64,000 bases of DNA from Atractiella rhizophila (Eukaryota): contig MU271224.1 in assembly GCA_021432655.1 (NCBI GenBank), forward strand, positions 25,084 to 89,083, read 5' to 3'. Shown here in pieces: positions 12,803-25,725 of the stretch. Numbering within the stretch: position 1 is the stretch's first letter; each line of letters starts with the position of its first letter. The position numbers and the translations under genes are program-made. The notes under the pieces are model-generated. The model did not search any database, was not told the DNA's origin, and saw nothing but the letters and a program-made list of their open reading frames with translations.

Positions 12803-13398
12803 AGGCTAAATCCATGACACAGAGGATCTTTCAGCGCAAACAACTGCAAATGTTGGAAGGATCAAGCTCGAATAAGATGGGTTTGGCTATTTGGCTACGC
12901 TGAGAGCAGCTCTTTATATAAGTAGCAGATGTCCGACGGACGTCCTGTTCCAGCTGTTCCGTCGGGTGCCGTCTGAATGATGGGATTGTGAGTGAAGAAC
13001 TGGAATCAAACTCAAGTCGCCTCGTACCCTTTGATGTCGCTGTCGCCCTGAACCAGAATCAGCCACGCACAACGGCGCTTTTAAACGCCCGAGCAACTTG
13101 GAGAATTCGAAGACGAGGTCATTATTCTAATCATTGTTATTCATTATCATTATAACAGCAAGCTAAAGTGAAATTCCAGCCGACATCGAAAGTTTCGTAC
13201 ACAAAGCAAAAAGTTCCCATGAGCGAACTTGGAGCGAGCAGTTAAGTAGGCAACTAACAAAGGCTACCTAATACAATCAATAATTTTAGGGGTAGAAACT
13301 CAGCTTTCAGTACTACGTACTACCCGCAATGAGTGTTTTATATTGCAATATGGTTGCACAGAGCATTTGCATCTAATTTTCAGTGAGTCAAGGATACG

Positions 13399-14961
13399 TC
13401 AAAGGTTTGTCCACTCTTCGGCCTGATAGACCACGTCCTCGACCAGATTTCCGTAAAAGCTACAAATCCATTGATTCCAGACTCTCTGGCCTCCTTCAGT
13501 CTTCGAAATCCGCACTTCTGCTCCGTCAGCGTACTCTATTCTCTGTTCAGATCGCGGTTTCTGAGATGGGTAGTCCAGATGTAACCACCTGAGCTTCGCC
13601 ATTTGCCTTAGATCCAGCGTAGATGTCACGTTGCGACCATACAGACTGAGATAAAGATGACTTAATTTGTCTAGCCGGACAGTGGCGAGGAAGTAGAATG
13701 GTACCGAGACCACGATTCGGAGGAGCCTGAGAGAAACACATCTATTTATTAACTGTTGGAGTGGTTGTGCCTCATCGGACTGGATCACCCTGGCGTGACG
13801 CTTGAAGCGGATGAGAGAGAGGGAGGAAATACGGGGATTGAACATAGTGGATAAAAACTCTTCTTGTGCTCGTGAATCTGGTAAGACTGAATTTTCTCTG
13901 AGGGTCAGATCTTCCACGGTCTCCATCAGCCTGACAAACGCTGATTTCGTATTTGTCCAATTGATCGAGCAGTCCCTGAGTGAGAGCGACCACACTTCGG
14001 GTTGTGTGTCAGACCATGGCAAGTGGTCAATCGTACAGTCCGAGATGGTTAACGATTTGAGATTCTTGGAAGCGCGAAGACTAGGGAACGTAGAGGGAAA
14101 GTTGGCTTCAGGTTGTCCCCAGTTTTCAGGAATTGATCCTTCGGCGCTGAGGAGAGACAAGCTTGGGAGAGGTGGTACAACAATCGGTGTTTTAATGTAA
14201 AGCTGGAGGAAACGAAGAGTATCACAAGCAGGCAACAAGAGAGGGAAATGCCTGCTGCCAAGACTGAGTGATTGAAGGGATTGGTACAGAACAGAGTCTG
14301 ATGCGTCCAACTCTTCTGGAATGGCACCTTGTCGATGTGTTATTCTAAGGGTACGAAGAGACATTGATAGGATTAGTTGTACCTCTTCTGATGAAAAACT
14401 TGGCGTTCGAAGTTCGAGTTTTCGCAAGGTCGAGGGTGGAGCTCCGGGTAAGAAGAATAACTGCAACGCGGACTCCTCCACGGACCCAACGTGAAGGGTT
14501 GACAGTTGCCGGAAGGGAGGAAACTCGATTTCCGCATCTCGGTACCACAACAAAGCAAGATGTTTGATGGATCCCTGAACGGCATAAAGGAGTCGACTTG
14601 TCACAGCTCCCATTCCTTGCGGTACGTTTAGTTCGATTTGTGTGACCCATTTGCACCACTCTGGATTCATCTCCAATACCAAGGACATCTTGCTGAACTC
14701 TGCCTCCCGCCTTTGTTTCCCAAGTTCAGGGGAATTGAGAGTCCAATCGAATCCAATAGTGAGGGAAGAGAACATCCAGCTCCGCACAACATCTGTCCAT
14801 CGACGGTGAACGAGACAGAGTGGAGATAGGAGAGTATGTGTTCGGCGATGGTACCCCCGCGCATAAATGTCAACGGGGCTCTCGAAGGTGTACGAGTGGT
14901 GAATGTGACCAATAATGTTGATCAGCACCTCGTTTGGTACGGGTATATCATTCAATTCCAT
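13399..14961 (-). CDS. F-box-like / RNI-like leucine-rich repeat protein (single long exon)
   Basis: N-terminal VPNEVLINIIGHI...LSPLCLVHRRWTDVVRSWMF followed by LxxLxL repeats; uninterrupted ORF of more than 500 aa. Confidence 0.75.
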   Translation of the reverse strand: MELNDIPVPNEVLINIIGHIHHSYTFESPVDIYARGYHRRTHTLLSPLCLVHRRWTDVVRSWMFSSLTIGFDWTLNSPELGKQRREAEFSKMSLVLEMNPEWCKWVTQIELNVPQGMGAVTSRLLYAVQGSIKHLALLWYRDAEIEFPPFRQLSTLHVGSVEESALQLFFLPGAPPSTLRKLELRTPSFSSEEVQLILSMSLRTLRITHRQGAIPEELDASDSVLYQSLQSLSLGSRHFPLLLPACDTLRFLQLYIKTPIVVPPLPSLSLLSAEGSIPENWGQPEANFPSTFPSLRASKNLKSLTISDCTIDHLPWSDTQPEVWSLSLRDCSINWTNTKSAFVRLMETVEDLTLRENSVLPDSRAQEEFLSTMFNPRISSLSLIRFKRHARVIQSDEAQPLQQLINRCVSLRLLRIVVSVPFYFLATVRLDKLSHLYLSLYGRNVTSTLDLRQMAKLRWLHLDYPSQKPRSEQRIEYADGAEVRISKTEGGQRVWNQWICSFYGNLVEDVVYQAEEWTNL

Positions 14962-15288
14962 ATTGCAAGCATGCAGGGAGACTCTGGTTTGACGTTGTGG
15001 CGGACTATTTTTCAAACTGCAACAGCGCAACAGCGTCAGTCTCGGGTGCACACTTAGTACGTTGCTAGTTGCTAGCTACTCACTGCTTAGATCTAAAACT
15101 GCGCTTTTCTCATAAGTCAATGTCCATGGTGGAGGATGGTACTATAACGACGATCAACTCGCCCGCCCAAGTCCGTCCGCAAAGCAGTTTTGGCAAGTGG
15201 TTCATGTTCATTCAAGTTCATGTATTTCCCCTTCCTTTCAGTAGTGCATACAAGCTATAACTTCAATCCTCGCAATAGCACATTTCCA

Positions 15289-16947
15289 TTACTGACTATA
15301 TTCGCTCGTTCTATCAAGAAACTCTTCTATCCAAGGGCCGTAGAAAGCACAATTCCACTGGGTCCAAACGAGTTCTCCACCACCCGTGCTTCGAGATACA
15401 ATGTCTCTCTTTCTCTCCCCCAGTTTGAACATTCCTTCTTGGTCTTTCGCATCGGAGCCGACTGGGTAATCGATGTGCAATTGCTTGAGGCCAGTGAGTT
15501 GGTCAACGGTACCTAGGTGAAAGTTACGGCTTTCCAAACCAAGATAGAGTGAGCGGATCCGAGTGCCTTGCAGAGCAGGGACATGTGATTCGTTGGGGAT
15601 GATTTGAAGCAGAATGAGAGATGCGCAACGAGAGACAAGGTTCACAATGTGTCCTGCGCTCCGGAATGGAAGCTTACATTGCAGTTTGAAACGCATTAGA
15701 GAAAGAGATGTGATGTGAGGGTTGAACACTATGGAGAAGAATGCAGCTTCGGCTTCATTGTCCAATCGGCTGCCCACAAAGTTATGATAAATGCGGTTCT
15801 CTCCAATCCGAAGTCGATGCACCGTCCGCATTGTCGCGGTGAGCCAAGCTCGGGTGCTAGACCAATCAAAGTCACAATCAACCAGGGTTAACGAAAAAGT
15901 TTGGCCGGCTGCTTCAAGCTGGTCCACAAGGAGAGAAGGCGGAGCTCGGATCTCGCAAAAGGTAACAGAGAGGTGTTTGAGGTCTTTCGAAAGATGTAAC
16001 TCAGGAAAGGTTGCAAAAAAGTCGATTTGTGGGCGGCGGGTGTTGTCGTTGACACCATTTCCCCGGATGCCCAGAGACACCAAGGATGGGAGTGCTGGGA
16101 TGTCCACCTCTCGAGCCAGCGTTAGTTGGAGAAACTGAAGTGTTCCGCACGGTGTGTAGAATCGAGGAAAGAAGGTGCAGGTGGCATTGAGTGCCACCAA
16201 GGTTGACGGGAGCATGAAACTAGGAGTTGGACCATTACCGCCATGGCCGGAGAATTGAACACTGAACGAAAACGAAAGGTCCTTCAAGGCAATAGATGTG
16301 AGCAACTCTGCCTCTGAAGATGACAGGGTCAAAATAATGAGATCAATCTTTGACAAAGAGCTGGGAAGAATTGATGGAAAAACTCCTCGGAACGCTTGTT
16401 CTAGGTGAGACGTAAGTTGAAAGGATTTCAGCTTCGAAAAAGTTGGGAAGACAATCTTCGACGTTTTGTGCCAAAATAGACGAAGTTCCTCAATGGCGTC
16501 TTTAGTTGCAAAAAGAACGGTCATCATGTCTTCTAAGGCTTCAGATGATGTGCCATAATCAATTGATAGCGTTAAATGCTTGACCCAATCAGCCCACTCC
16601 GGGTGCAGGACCAGTATCTTCGCCAGAGTTTCGTGGCCGCGCAATGGACCAATGGAACGAAACATGAGCCTGCGCACTACCAGCAGCCATTTTCGTTGCA
16701 CTCTGCAAAGAGGGGATAACAGCCTCGGCGCCATCTCCGAAACCACCAAACTTCCCTTAAGGCGTCGATCGCGGAGGTAGAGGTGGTGCAACAGTTCGAG
16801 GATTTCTGTAAAAATTTCGTTCGGCAGAGCGTTTATCGTTCCTGAAAACAAAAATGAGCTTAGATGTAGGAGCATTGTCCGAGTGTCAGCAGGTACAAGC
16901 ATGCTGGCATCAATTCTGCATTGTGCATACTCCGCGCTGAAAAGCAA
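15289..16947 (-). CDS. F-box-like / RNI-like leucine-rich repeat protein, paralogue of the neighbour; start uncertain
   Basis: INALPNEIFTEILELL...LSPLCRVQRKWLLVVRRLMF and LxxLxL repeats. A possible intron acceptor at about 16843 suggests a small upstream exon. Confidence 0.75.
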   Translation of the reverse strand: MLFSAEYAQCRIDASMLVPADTRTMLLHLSSFLFSGTINALPNEIFTEILELLHHLYLRDRRLKGSLVVSEMAPRLLSPLCRVQRKWLLVVRRLMFRSIGPLRGHETLAKILVLHPEWADWVKHLTLSIDYGTSSEALEDMMTVLFATKDAIEELRLFWHKTSKIVFPTFSKLKSFQLTSHLEQAFRGVFPSILPSSLSKIDLIILTLSSSEAELLTSIALKDLSFSFSVQFSGHGGNGPTPSFMLPSTLVALNATCTFFPRFYTPCGTLQFLQLTLAREVDIPALPSLVSLGIRGNGVNDNTRRPQIDFFATFPELHLSKDLKHLSVTFCEIRAPPSLLVDQLEAAGQTFSLTLVDCDFDWSSTRAWLTATMRTVHRLRIGENRIYHNFVGSRLDNEAEAAFFSIVFNPHITSLSLMRFKLQCKLPFRSAGHIVNLVSRCASLILLQIIPNESHVPALQGTRIRSLYLGLESRNFHLGTVDQLTGLKQLHIDYPVGSDAKDQEGMFKLGERKRDIVSRSTGGGELVWTQWNCAFYGPWIEEFLDRTSEYSQ

Positions 16948-17350
16948 AGTTCAATTGTTGTCGCACAGAGCTTAGAAAGCCAATAACTGCACACGATAAA
17001 CGTCGAGCTAGAAAGGAGCTCGACCTTGCCTCTGAGAACTTGATATAGAGTACTATACCTGCAACATATACCACCAGCTGGAACATTACCAGGACCAGTA
17101 TACTGCAGACCTGAACAATGCGTTGGCAGACATACCACTGGCAGTCTGCTCCATCCTCCCTTTTTCACTGATTACTGATTGCCAAAAGCTTCCGCTACTC
17201 TTATTTAGAGATAAAGATACTCAAGAAAACTGAAAACTTGTTGCTGTAAAATAGTGGTGGTTTTCCGCATTGCATAAAGCCTAATCACGCTGTAATCCGC
17301 GCAATCCGCCCCGCCAATTCTCAAGTGACAAAACATTGAACATTCGTTTT

Positions 17351-20227
17351 ATGCCCCTCCCACGCGCGCGTCCTCTACTTACTCTCCCCCTTCTCATCGG
17401 CGGGGGGACGCTTGGGTATCTCTACTACTCGGACACACGGGCAGGAGCACACAGGTGGCTCGTCCAGCCTTTGCTGCTATGGAGCACACAGGGGGATCCG
17501 GAAAAGGCCCACAGATGGGCGGTCAAGGTGTTGGGAAGCGGGTGGGCGCCGAAGGATTTGGAGGCAGACTTGCGGAAGGAGGGACTGGAGTTTGAGGTAT
17601 GTTTGATTGCTTAGCTTGCCGTCAGGTCGGGAAGGCACGAAAGTGGTGCATCGGCTTCTTCATTTCTTTGTGGAAGAAGGTTGTTTTATTGGATGGGGAC
17701 GGGAACGAAACGAACATGTAGCAGCGTGCTCATGTGCATCAAGTTCTGGCTTGAAAGTGCATGCTGCCCAAGTTTGCATCATCCATGTCTCTATCTACAA
17801 TTTTAGCTGATACCTCGTGGTCTTCTATTTGGCGGGACTTGTGAATGCAACCCCTTAAACTACTCACTGGTGGGGGAAGAGAGAGCAATTCCTCTCTTGA
17901 AGAAGACTAACTTTGTTGAAATTATTCGGCACAGCATGCGGCCCTGCTTTCCGTTATAATCCTGTAGAACAGGTGAAGGAGGCAAATTCTGGTCTGATTT
18001 CTCAAGACATAATGAATAACCGACGAACCCTTCGCCTTCTACCTTTGACTTCAAGGTTGGCTATTAATCCATAGAATCAAGGTGCTGTTTATGCAAGACG
18101 GAGCCGATGACGGCTTTCAAGGCATGGACTCCCTTTCAGGAAAGGAGGAAAGGAGTCTGTGCAATGGATACCCTCGTCTCTCCCATCTCTCCTATTTTGT
18201 TAGACTTCTGTCTCCGCGGGAATCTTTCACACCGTCTATTGTGCAGACATTGTTCTGCAGAAAGTGGTGAAGGAGCAGGTAAGCTCTACAGACAAGGGAT
18301 TCCTTGGAGCTGAGAATACCCTAATTAATTCGCCAAATATGAAATATTTTTGTCAAGAATAGCTCTCGAGTAACAGTTCCACCTTCGTTAGACCCCTTAA
18401 AAAGAAATGGGCCCACTCTGCGCACTCCTGGTGGCAGTGAACATGATATTTATTTCATGATACCATCCAAATGAGAAACTTTCTTCTACGTTTTTCGACA
18501 TTACTATAGATGGATGAGCAGGGCAGTGTACAGATGTTCTCAATGTGGTTGTTGAAGTACGCTCGACTACATACTTGTTCTAGAAGTCCGTGATAGGCCT
18601 CATAAAAGACCAAGACGTCCTTCGTCATTAAAAGCTGTTAACCATGTGTGCCATTCTGATCTCTCTTCACAGCTGTGGGGGCGACGGTTCTCTTCACCCT
18701 TGGGCCTCGCCGCCGGATTCGACAAGCACGGAGAAGCTATCGACGGATTGTACGACTTAGGATTTTCCTATGTTGAGGTTGGCTCAGTGACTCCAGAACC
18801 TCAGGCAAGTCCGGGTCTTCACAACACGACTGCGAGTTGATAGTTGGATGCAGCCTGGAAATGATACCCCGCGGGTATTCAGATTGGAAGACACACAATC
18901 GCTCATTAATCGTTACGGTTTCAACTCGTACGGACACGATTCCTTGATTGCTCGACTGCGAGAACGAATTCTCTCTTACGTCCAATCACAAAAGTTCACC
19001 CTCCCTCAGTCTCTTTTTACTCATACGGACTCGCCAGAGGAGCATGCCCTCATCTCCCACCTCCCATACTATGCCGTCGATCCAGTCTCCCTCCTTCTTG
19101 CATCTCACCCAGGCTCAGAAACGACTGTAACGGATACCGTGAATTTGCCTCGCTCGCTGCGGGAAGGTCGAGTTTTAGGCATTAACCTTGGGAAGAACAA
19201 GTGGCAATATCCGTCTTCGATCGACGACTTTGTGCAGGATGTCCGGCGCCTTGGGCCTTACGCCGATGTGCTTGTCATCAACGTCAGCAGTCCCAATACG
19301 GCTGGATTGCGAAGCCTGCAACGCGGTGACATGTTGGAGGATCTCCTCCAAGGTGTAATTGCTGAGAGAAATAAACTATCACCTGTCAAGACCACAGATT
19401 CGAAGGAATGGCGTCCCCCGATTGTTCTCAAAATCAGTCCCGACATGAACGACACAGAGTTGGAAGATGTGGCTCGTGCAGCGTTAGAGTGTAAAGTTGA
19501 TGGCATTATCGTTGGAAATACGACAATCCAGCGACGCTCAGAATGGGGAGATGGTAAGCCTTGCATCAAATGGATGGCAGATACTCACATCTTCGGCATA
19601 GAAATCACTTTGAAGGAAACGGGAGGATTGTCTGGACCCCCATTGAAAGACCTAGCCCTCCACTCTCTCTCCACGCTCTACGCCTATACTTCTGGTACCA
19701 TCCCACTTGTCGGTTGTGGAGGCATCACTTCCGCAGCTGATGCCCTCGACTACGCTCGTGCCGGTGCAACGTTCGTCCAAGCGTACACTGCTTTTGGCTA
19801 CAACGGTGTTATTTGGCCAGGACAGATCAGAGAAGGGCTGGCCGAAGAGCTGAAGAAGCAGGGAAAGTCGTGGCTCGAGGTCGTTGGGAGCCAAGCTGAC
19901 CCTTCCAAGTTCGGTCTTCGGGAATTGACAGCAGACGAGAAGCACGAAAGATGGCTGAACGAGGTCCAGGACGTCAAGAAAGATCTCTCCACCGTCCTTG
20001 AAATGTTGGAAAAGGCCAGCGCACCGGCGAACATTTCAGAATCAGCGGAGCTTTCACAGGACGTCCCAGATCAATCAGCTTTACCTGCTGCCCCAGTCAA
20101 TGCCGTGCCCCAAAACTCCTCAAAGACCCCACTAAAAGAGGGTCAGCAGCAGCTTCGCGCTGTTCTCCCCGAGCGTGATTCACAGAAGAAGACGTTACCA
20201 CCCATGCCAAATTATAGAATGGTTTGA
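17351..20227 (+). CDS. URA9: Dihydroorotate dehydrogenase (quinone), class 2, mitochondrial
   Basis: [92 protein letters not shown]. Confidence 0.97.
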
Positions 20228-20387
20228 AGCATCAAAATAGTGCCTCGCGGCTTAGCGTTTTCAGTTTTTCGTGTTATATGCATGACCGGTTGCAATCCAT
20301 TTGTTTATTCGACTACAATTTAGATCTTTTTGATCTAATGTACAAGTAAGTTCCCCTACAACTTGTGCACCGCTTTCGAAACATCTC

Positions 20388-21915
20388 TTACTTCTTGACT
20401 CCCAACTCGCTCAACACCTCGCTGAGTGCTGTGATGACGTCCTGTAAATCGGTCCTCCCCTCGTCTACAACGGACGTGCCCCTGCTCTCATGTTCAGTTA
20501 GTTCACAACTTCAGAGGTGAAAAGACAGACATGTGGCCGATGCGGAAATATTTGGTCTTGATCTCGCTATGAATGCCTGCAGCAATGACGACGCCTTTCT
20601 TCAACAAACCACCGATGATCTGAGGTGTCTCCACTCCTTCAGGAGTGTAGATAGCGGTCATCGAGTTAGATTGGTCCTGCGGCTGTTCGGCCACTTGTTT
20701 CAAGCCCAAATTCGCAATTTGAGCCTTTAACCAAGCCGATTTCTCTTTGTGAATAGCAAAGCGCTTCTCTAGGCCTCCGGCCAGTATCGCTGTCAGCGAC
20801 GCCTACACAAAAAATGAGACTGGATCAAGATTGAAAGACTGAAACAGACATGGAAGGCATATATGAGCTGCACGGGTGGCGTCGCGAAGTACGCCACGCT
20901 GCCGGATTCGTACGCCTTGTGAATGGGTAGCCACCGGCGCATATCCGTGAAGTATGCCCTGATAACACAACTTGGACGCTGTTCAACATCATGACGGGAG
21001 GGAAAAACAAACCGAGAAGGTTTCTCTCCAAGCTTGACTTTATTCGCGATATCCAAAGCTCTTTGACTGACGACCACTATCGCAAGGCCGGGAGGAATGG
21101 AAATGGCCTTCTGAGACGCTGTGAGAACCTGATTCTACGTCAGCCTGTGAACAATGGAAGATATATTGCAACACACCACATCGATGTTCCAGTCGTCCAT
21201 TCTAATCTCTTCACTCGCAACGCTACACACTCCGTCCAGAACTACCAGAGTATCAGGGCTGACGCGTTTGACAGTCTCTCCGATTTCCTTTGGTGAGCTC
21301 AAGACGGCCGTTGCTGACGATACCCGTCAGTAAGTTCAAAGCAAAGGCGCACGACATACAGGTATCAACGTGAGTGAAGCAGACCATCTTGTACTTTCGC
21401 TCCTTGAGCTTCTCTTCAAGAGCAGCCATCGAAGGACGATGTCCGACCTTTGGGGCTGGGAGTTGGTGAACCCTCTCAGGGGAGGTGTAGACGCTCAAGC
21501 AATCCGCAAAACAGTCCCCGAAGAATCCGGTATTGAGAAGAAGCACCTCGTCCCCATCGCTGAGCAGGTTTGATGCCACCATGTCCCAACCGAGAGTACC
21601 AGAGCCAGCGACGAGGAACGGTTGCGCTGTTTGGGAATACAGAAGCTAATCAGGTCTTATGAGTAAACGGATGCAAGGAACATCTGGGAAAGATAACCTG
21701 ACGGGTCATCCGGATGCAATCCCCAAAGACCTTCCCAAAGTCGAGGGACATGTGCGAGACGCTAGGATGGGCATTGGCGTAGAGAACCGGGTCGGAAACC
21801 TCAATGGGACCAGGGATAAGGAGAAGGCTACCAGGAAGGTTAGAGTCTAAGCTTCACAGAGGATTCAGTGCGCACTTGTGTGGTTTTTGCACGAAAGAGT
21901 TGGGGTCGGTTGCTG
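20388..21915 (-). CDS. AGX1: Alanine-glyoxylate aminotransferase (class V PLP enzyme); start uncertain
   Basis: LLLIPGPIEVSDPVLYA, GSGTLGWDMVASNL, THVDT, DGVCSVASEEIRMDDWNIDV, SQKAISIPPG, YFATPPVQLI, YFRIGHMG. Confidence 0.93.
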
Positions 21916-23070
21916 TCAGAAACAGGTCAAATGCATGAACGATGACGATAATTTGAATAATTTGAAGAGCAAGCGAGATTAAATTCACGACCACCATACA
22001 AGCTGTGAATCAAATGTCCTTCGTTTTGAAAACTTTCCCCCTAGTATTCAAGCTATTTCAACACAATAAACAAGATTCCTTGAGCAGGAGATGATTCAAG
22101 TCTTTCCAGTAACCTAATAGTTGCTTCCCTACTCCTCCGCAAAGGGCAAACAGTACGCTCTGCTCTGGAATGAGATTCGACAAGGGATGAAGTAGCTTAA
22201 GGCCGTGGAACGGAGATTCAAAATAAAACATATTAATCTCACCATCATTCCAGATGGAGCTTCGAGATCAATAGGGGACTGCAGAATTTGAGGCTTCCTT
22301 CCTGAACTAGCAATACACAGGATCGTCTAGTTGACAACTCGTGCACAAGGATAGGGCTGCTATCAGCAGCTGTCACGTAAACTTTAACAACTATGAAGAG
22401 GTAGAACGAAGGAACAACAGCTCCCATACTCTCAATAGCTTAGAATAAGATACTCACGATTGGTAGGATTGGCGCTTTTGGATACCATCTTTCTCGTTTG
22501 CTGAAAGGCTGGAGCGAAATGGGACTTGGGGAGTCTGGCGATCTGTTCCAATGAGGATTAGTACGGCCCAATACTGTATGGACGGAGGTACAAGACTCGC
22601 CTGAAGGGGATGCTGATGCTGAGAGCGAAGGGCAAAGGAGATGGTCCTCTTCATGAAATTCGATCATCCAATAACAAATGTTTAAGCGGGTTAATGCAGT
22701 TTGATGTCCGTTGATGATCCTTTCCGCGTTGTCAGGTATTAGACGAGAATGGAAGTGCGCATTAGCAACGATCGAGGGCCAAGCAGCGGGAACGGTGAAC
22801 GGAGAGATGGTATTGATAGGAAGTGAAAGAGCTATTGTGACTGATTGGGTTTTTGGGGTAATCTTGCGCAAGGTGTGAGCTGTTTACTTTCTTAGAGCTA
22901 TTTGATGCAATCCGCTGTAGCTGTTAGATTGAATACATTGAAACTATCCATCAAAGCTGATGTGATGCTCGCTCAAGCAAAGATTGATAGATGCGGACGA
23001 CATGCGCTAAAACGAAATAAATCTTCCTCTATGCATACACCACCACTTATCTATGGAATATCTGTCTTTA

Positions 23071-25054
23071 TCATATTCTCTTTCTAAATAGGATTTTCGC
23101 CTTTCTGTTTGGCACGATACCAAGTCCAATCCATTCGTCTTCTGGCCGGCTGTCTCCATGTTCAAACCGGAAATCGTATGTCTTGAGAAGGTGGATCAGG
23201 ACGATTTTTATGAGTACCGAAGCAAAAAATCTCCCTGGACTGTTTTGCGTTTGTCTTCAGCTTCGATTCTGTGTGAAAGACGGAGAGGGACAAGTGGACA
23301 AACCAAGCGTGTCTCCCAAGTCCAAAAGGCTGATAAGACGGTGACAGCGTGGTGAGGTCTTCTCGTTCCTCCTCTTTCTCTTCTTTTTCTCTGAAGAACC
23401 TATTTTCGACTTTAATCTGACGTCCTGTACTCGCGACATATCTTACCTCAAAGCATCAAACGTGTTCGCAGCTGCCCAAACTTTGTTGTCCCTATGCATA
23501 GCCTCCGCAATGCACGAAACCATGTTACCCTTATGCAAAACTGTTCCATCCGAAAGTACGATTGGCTTAAGCACCTTTCGCGTCAAAGAAACGGCTCCAA
23601 CCCCGTTGTATCGCATTGTTTCTTTGATGAAACTATCTAGCTTCCTGAGACCTTTCAAAGATTCTTCAGTTGTTTCTTCAAGTGGAGAGCCATCGATTTC
23701 AGAGCGGAGCAGATTCTGATACGAGCTTGAGGCTGCTAAGTGGTAAACGCAGTGTGTTAGAGCCTATTATACTGCTTTGTCAGAATCCAGGGTTGGATAA
23801 AGAGAGCGAACCAGAGGGACAGTGCTGACGCTGGCAAAATTGAGAGCGAGTAAACTTGACGGTAGTTCCGCCAGTATCTCTTCGTCGAAGACCCCACGTC
23901 GCTTCTTATCCAACAAGTACCAGGTGAGGAAGTTCTCCTGTGTAGTCATTTTCAGCGTGCAATAAGGCTTGCCATGAGAGATAAGAAAATACCCGTTCTT
24001 CGTTCAAAGAAGAGAAATTGAGCTCTTCGATCCGCTTCTTAATCATGGGCTCCAAAAAGCGAGTCTTCATTTCTTCTTGTTTGGATAGCTTAGCAACGAT
24101 CGCACCAGCAACGCTATCCTCTCATTTTATTGAGGCGTCAAAAGAATCAAAGCGTCTCTTACCCTCGCAAACAGTCAGGGAACATAGTCACTATCTTTGC
24201 CCCTACTGCTATGAAGAAGGTAAAACCAATCGCTCTGTCTACATATTCCGAGTTGTTCGCCACGTCCTCACCTGCAAAAGCAACCGTGGTGAGGTATCCA
24301 GCGATCCTCGTCATGGTTGATAAGCAGTCGACGGGTATCCATTCTGTATATCGGTTCAATATTGTACTAATAGAAAAAAAAGAAGCAAATGTCACCATGA
24401 TTTGCACTTGTTAAATGCTTCTGGAAAGCGGCGGAGGTGTTTTCCTGCACTTGGGGTACGAGATGTGCTAGTCTTCGAATTAGGACGGTGGGGATCTCGT
24501 AGAGAGCTTGGTGCATTCGTTGGCCCAGGATCCAAGGGATCGCGAATATCTATGTGCTGCTTCAGAAATGTCAGAACTCGTGCAGTAGCTTACCTCTGCG
24601 GTTGCTGTTTTCCAAAGGTCATTCAGTCGAATGGGAACAATGGGCAAGCAAACAACTCACCGTCTGCAAAGCTCAGAACATCGTCTGGGGCTCTCCTCAG
24701 ATCCTCCAAGAGCTCAGGCCCAGAAACGATATACGTCCATCTGGTCATTTCCGGCACCCTGAAAGTTTGGTTCCGGTGCTTCTGGTATCCTTCTCTCAAG
24801 ACTGAGACTGAGTCCAGTGCGTAACGGAAGGCACCGATCCATAATCCCAGCACAGGGATTGAACTAGGAGATACGATGGGAACACTCTTGATGTACAATG
24901 AGAGATGTGTTGAAGGATTAGGAATACCACCAACCTTCCCTTCTCTCTTTGACGGTCTGCGACTACCCACAAAGCTAGCAACAATCCAGGATGCAGCTAT
25001 GAAAACCCAGATATGTGGCAGAAACATGGTTGAGTGGCGTTGGATGGGGAACAT
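23071..25054 (-). CDS. Cytochrome P450 (ent-kaurene oxidase-like CYP512/CYP503-type by motif appearance)
   Basis: N-terminal membrane anchor, I-helix LNFASVST, K-helix LDSFIKETMR, FDALR, heme loop FGLGRHA|CPGRFFA split by an intron. The family assignment is tentative. Confidence 0.92.
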
Positions 25055-25725
25055 GAGTGTCCTCTTTTAACATTCGATATCAGCACCCTCGCTGTGTTCA
25101 GTGCACGGCCATGAAGACGGCCGAGGCTCCTTCAAGGTGATGGGGATGGAAACGGCGACCCGTACAGTGAGCGATGTAACGCCATCTGAAAATACCTCAA
25201 CATTCAGGTCTGATTTTTACCTCGCTGTTTTGTTAGGTTTTCTGCCCTTGTGGTGTTCCTTATCTATCATTTAAAAGGGCCGTCATATGTTGAAAATGAA
25301 TCCAAATTGCATGTTGAACAGTTTGTAACACCTGCCGACAGCAGTTCTTGATTCATTTTCCCATCTTGACTGTGGAGCAAGTCTGACGGACTGCCCTGTT
25401 CCGGTCCAGATGAATAGCAGCTCCTTACATGTCGTTCATATCTCGCAAGACCCCGGCGTGACTGCACATCGTACAAGCTTTGGTGAGCAACTCCTGCCTG
25501 CACCTTCACTACAACATCTCTACTTGCTATAAAAATAACTTGCGCTGGACGGACGTGTAATGCTGGCGAGGCTAGGTCGGTCAGCTTACTTCGGGTGGAG
25601 TCGATGGAGTCTCGAGGGTACCTGAACCCGGTTATAACGGTCGAGGCAGAAGGTTGAGCTGTGTGGGAGGTCTTGATATCCCTTATAAATTTCAGTATGA
25701 GGCAGGCGAAAGTAGACAAAACAGG

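Noticed and set aside
12104..12810. AGGCTAGA / AGGCTAAA as an 8-bp target site duplication
   Set aside because: The left copy lies inside an intron of the intact Zn2Cys6 gene, about 140 nt from the TIR, so it is not flush with the element.
22245..22871. ORFs between AGX1 and the P450
   Set aside because: No recognisable domain or clear splice structure; possibly a relic.
25267..25719. 150-aa ORF between the P450 and SDR
   Set aside because: Non-ATG start, lies in the divergent promoter, no recognisable motif.
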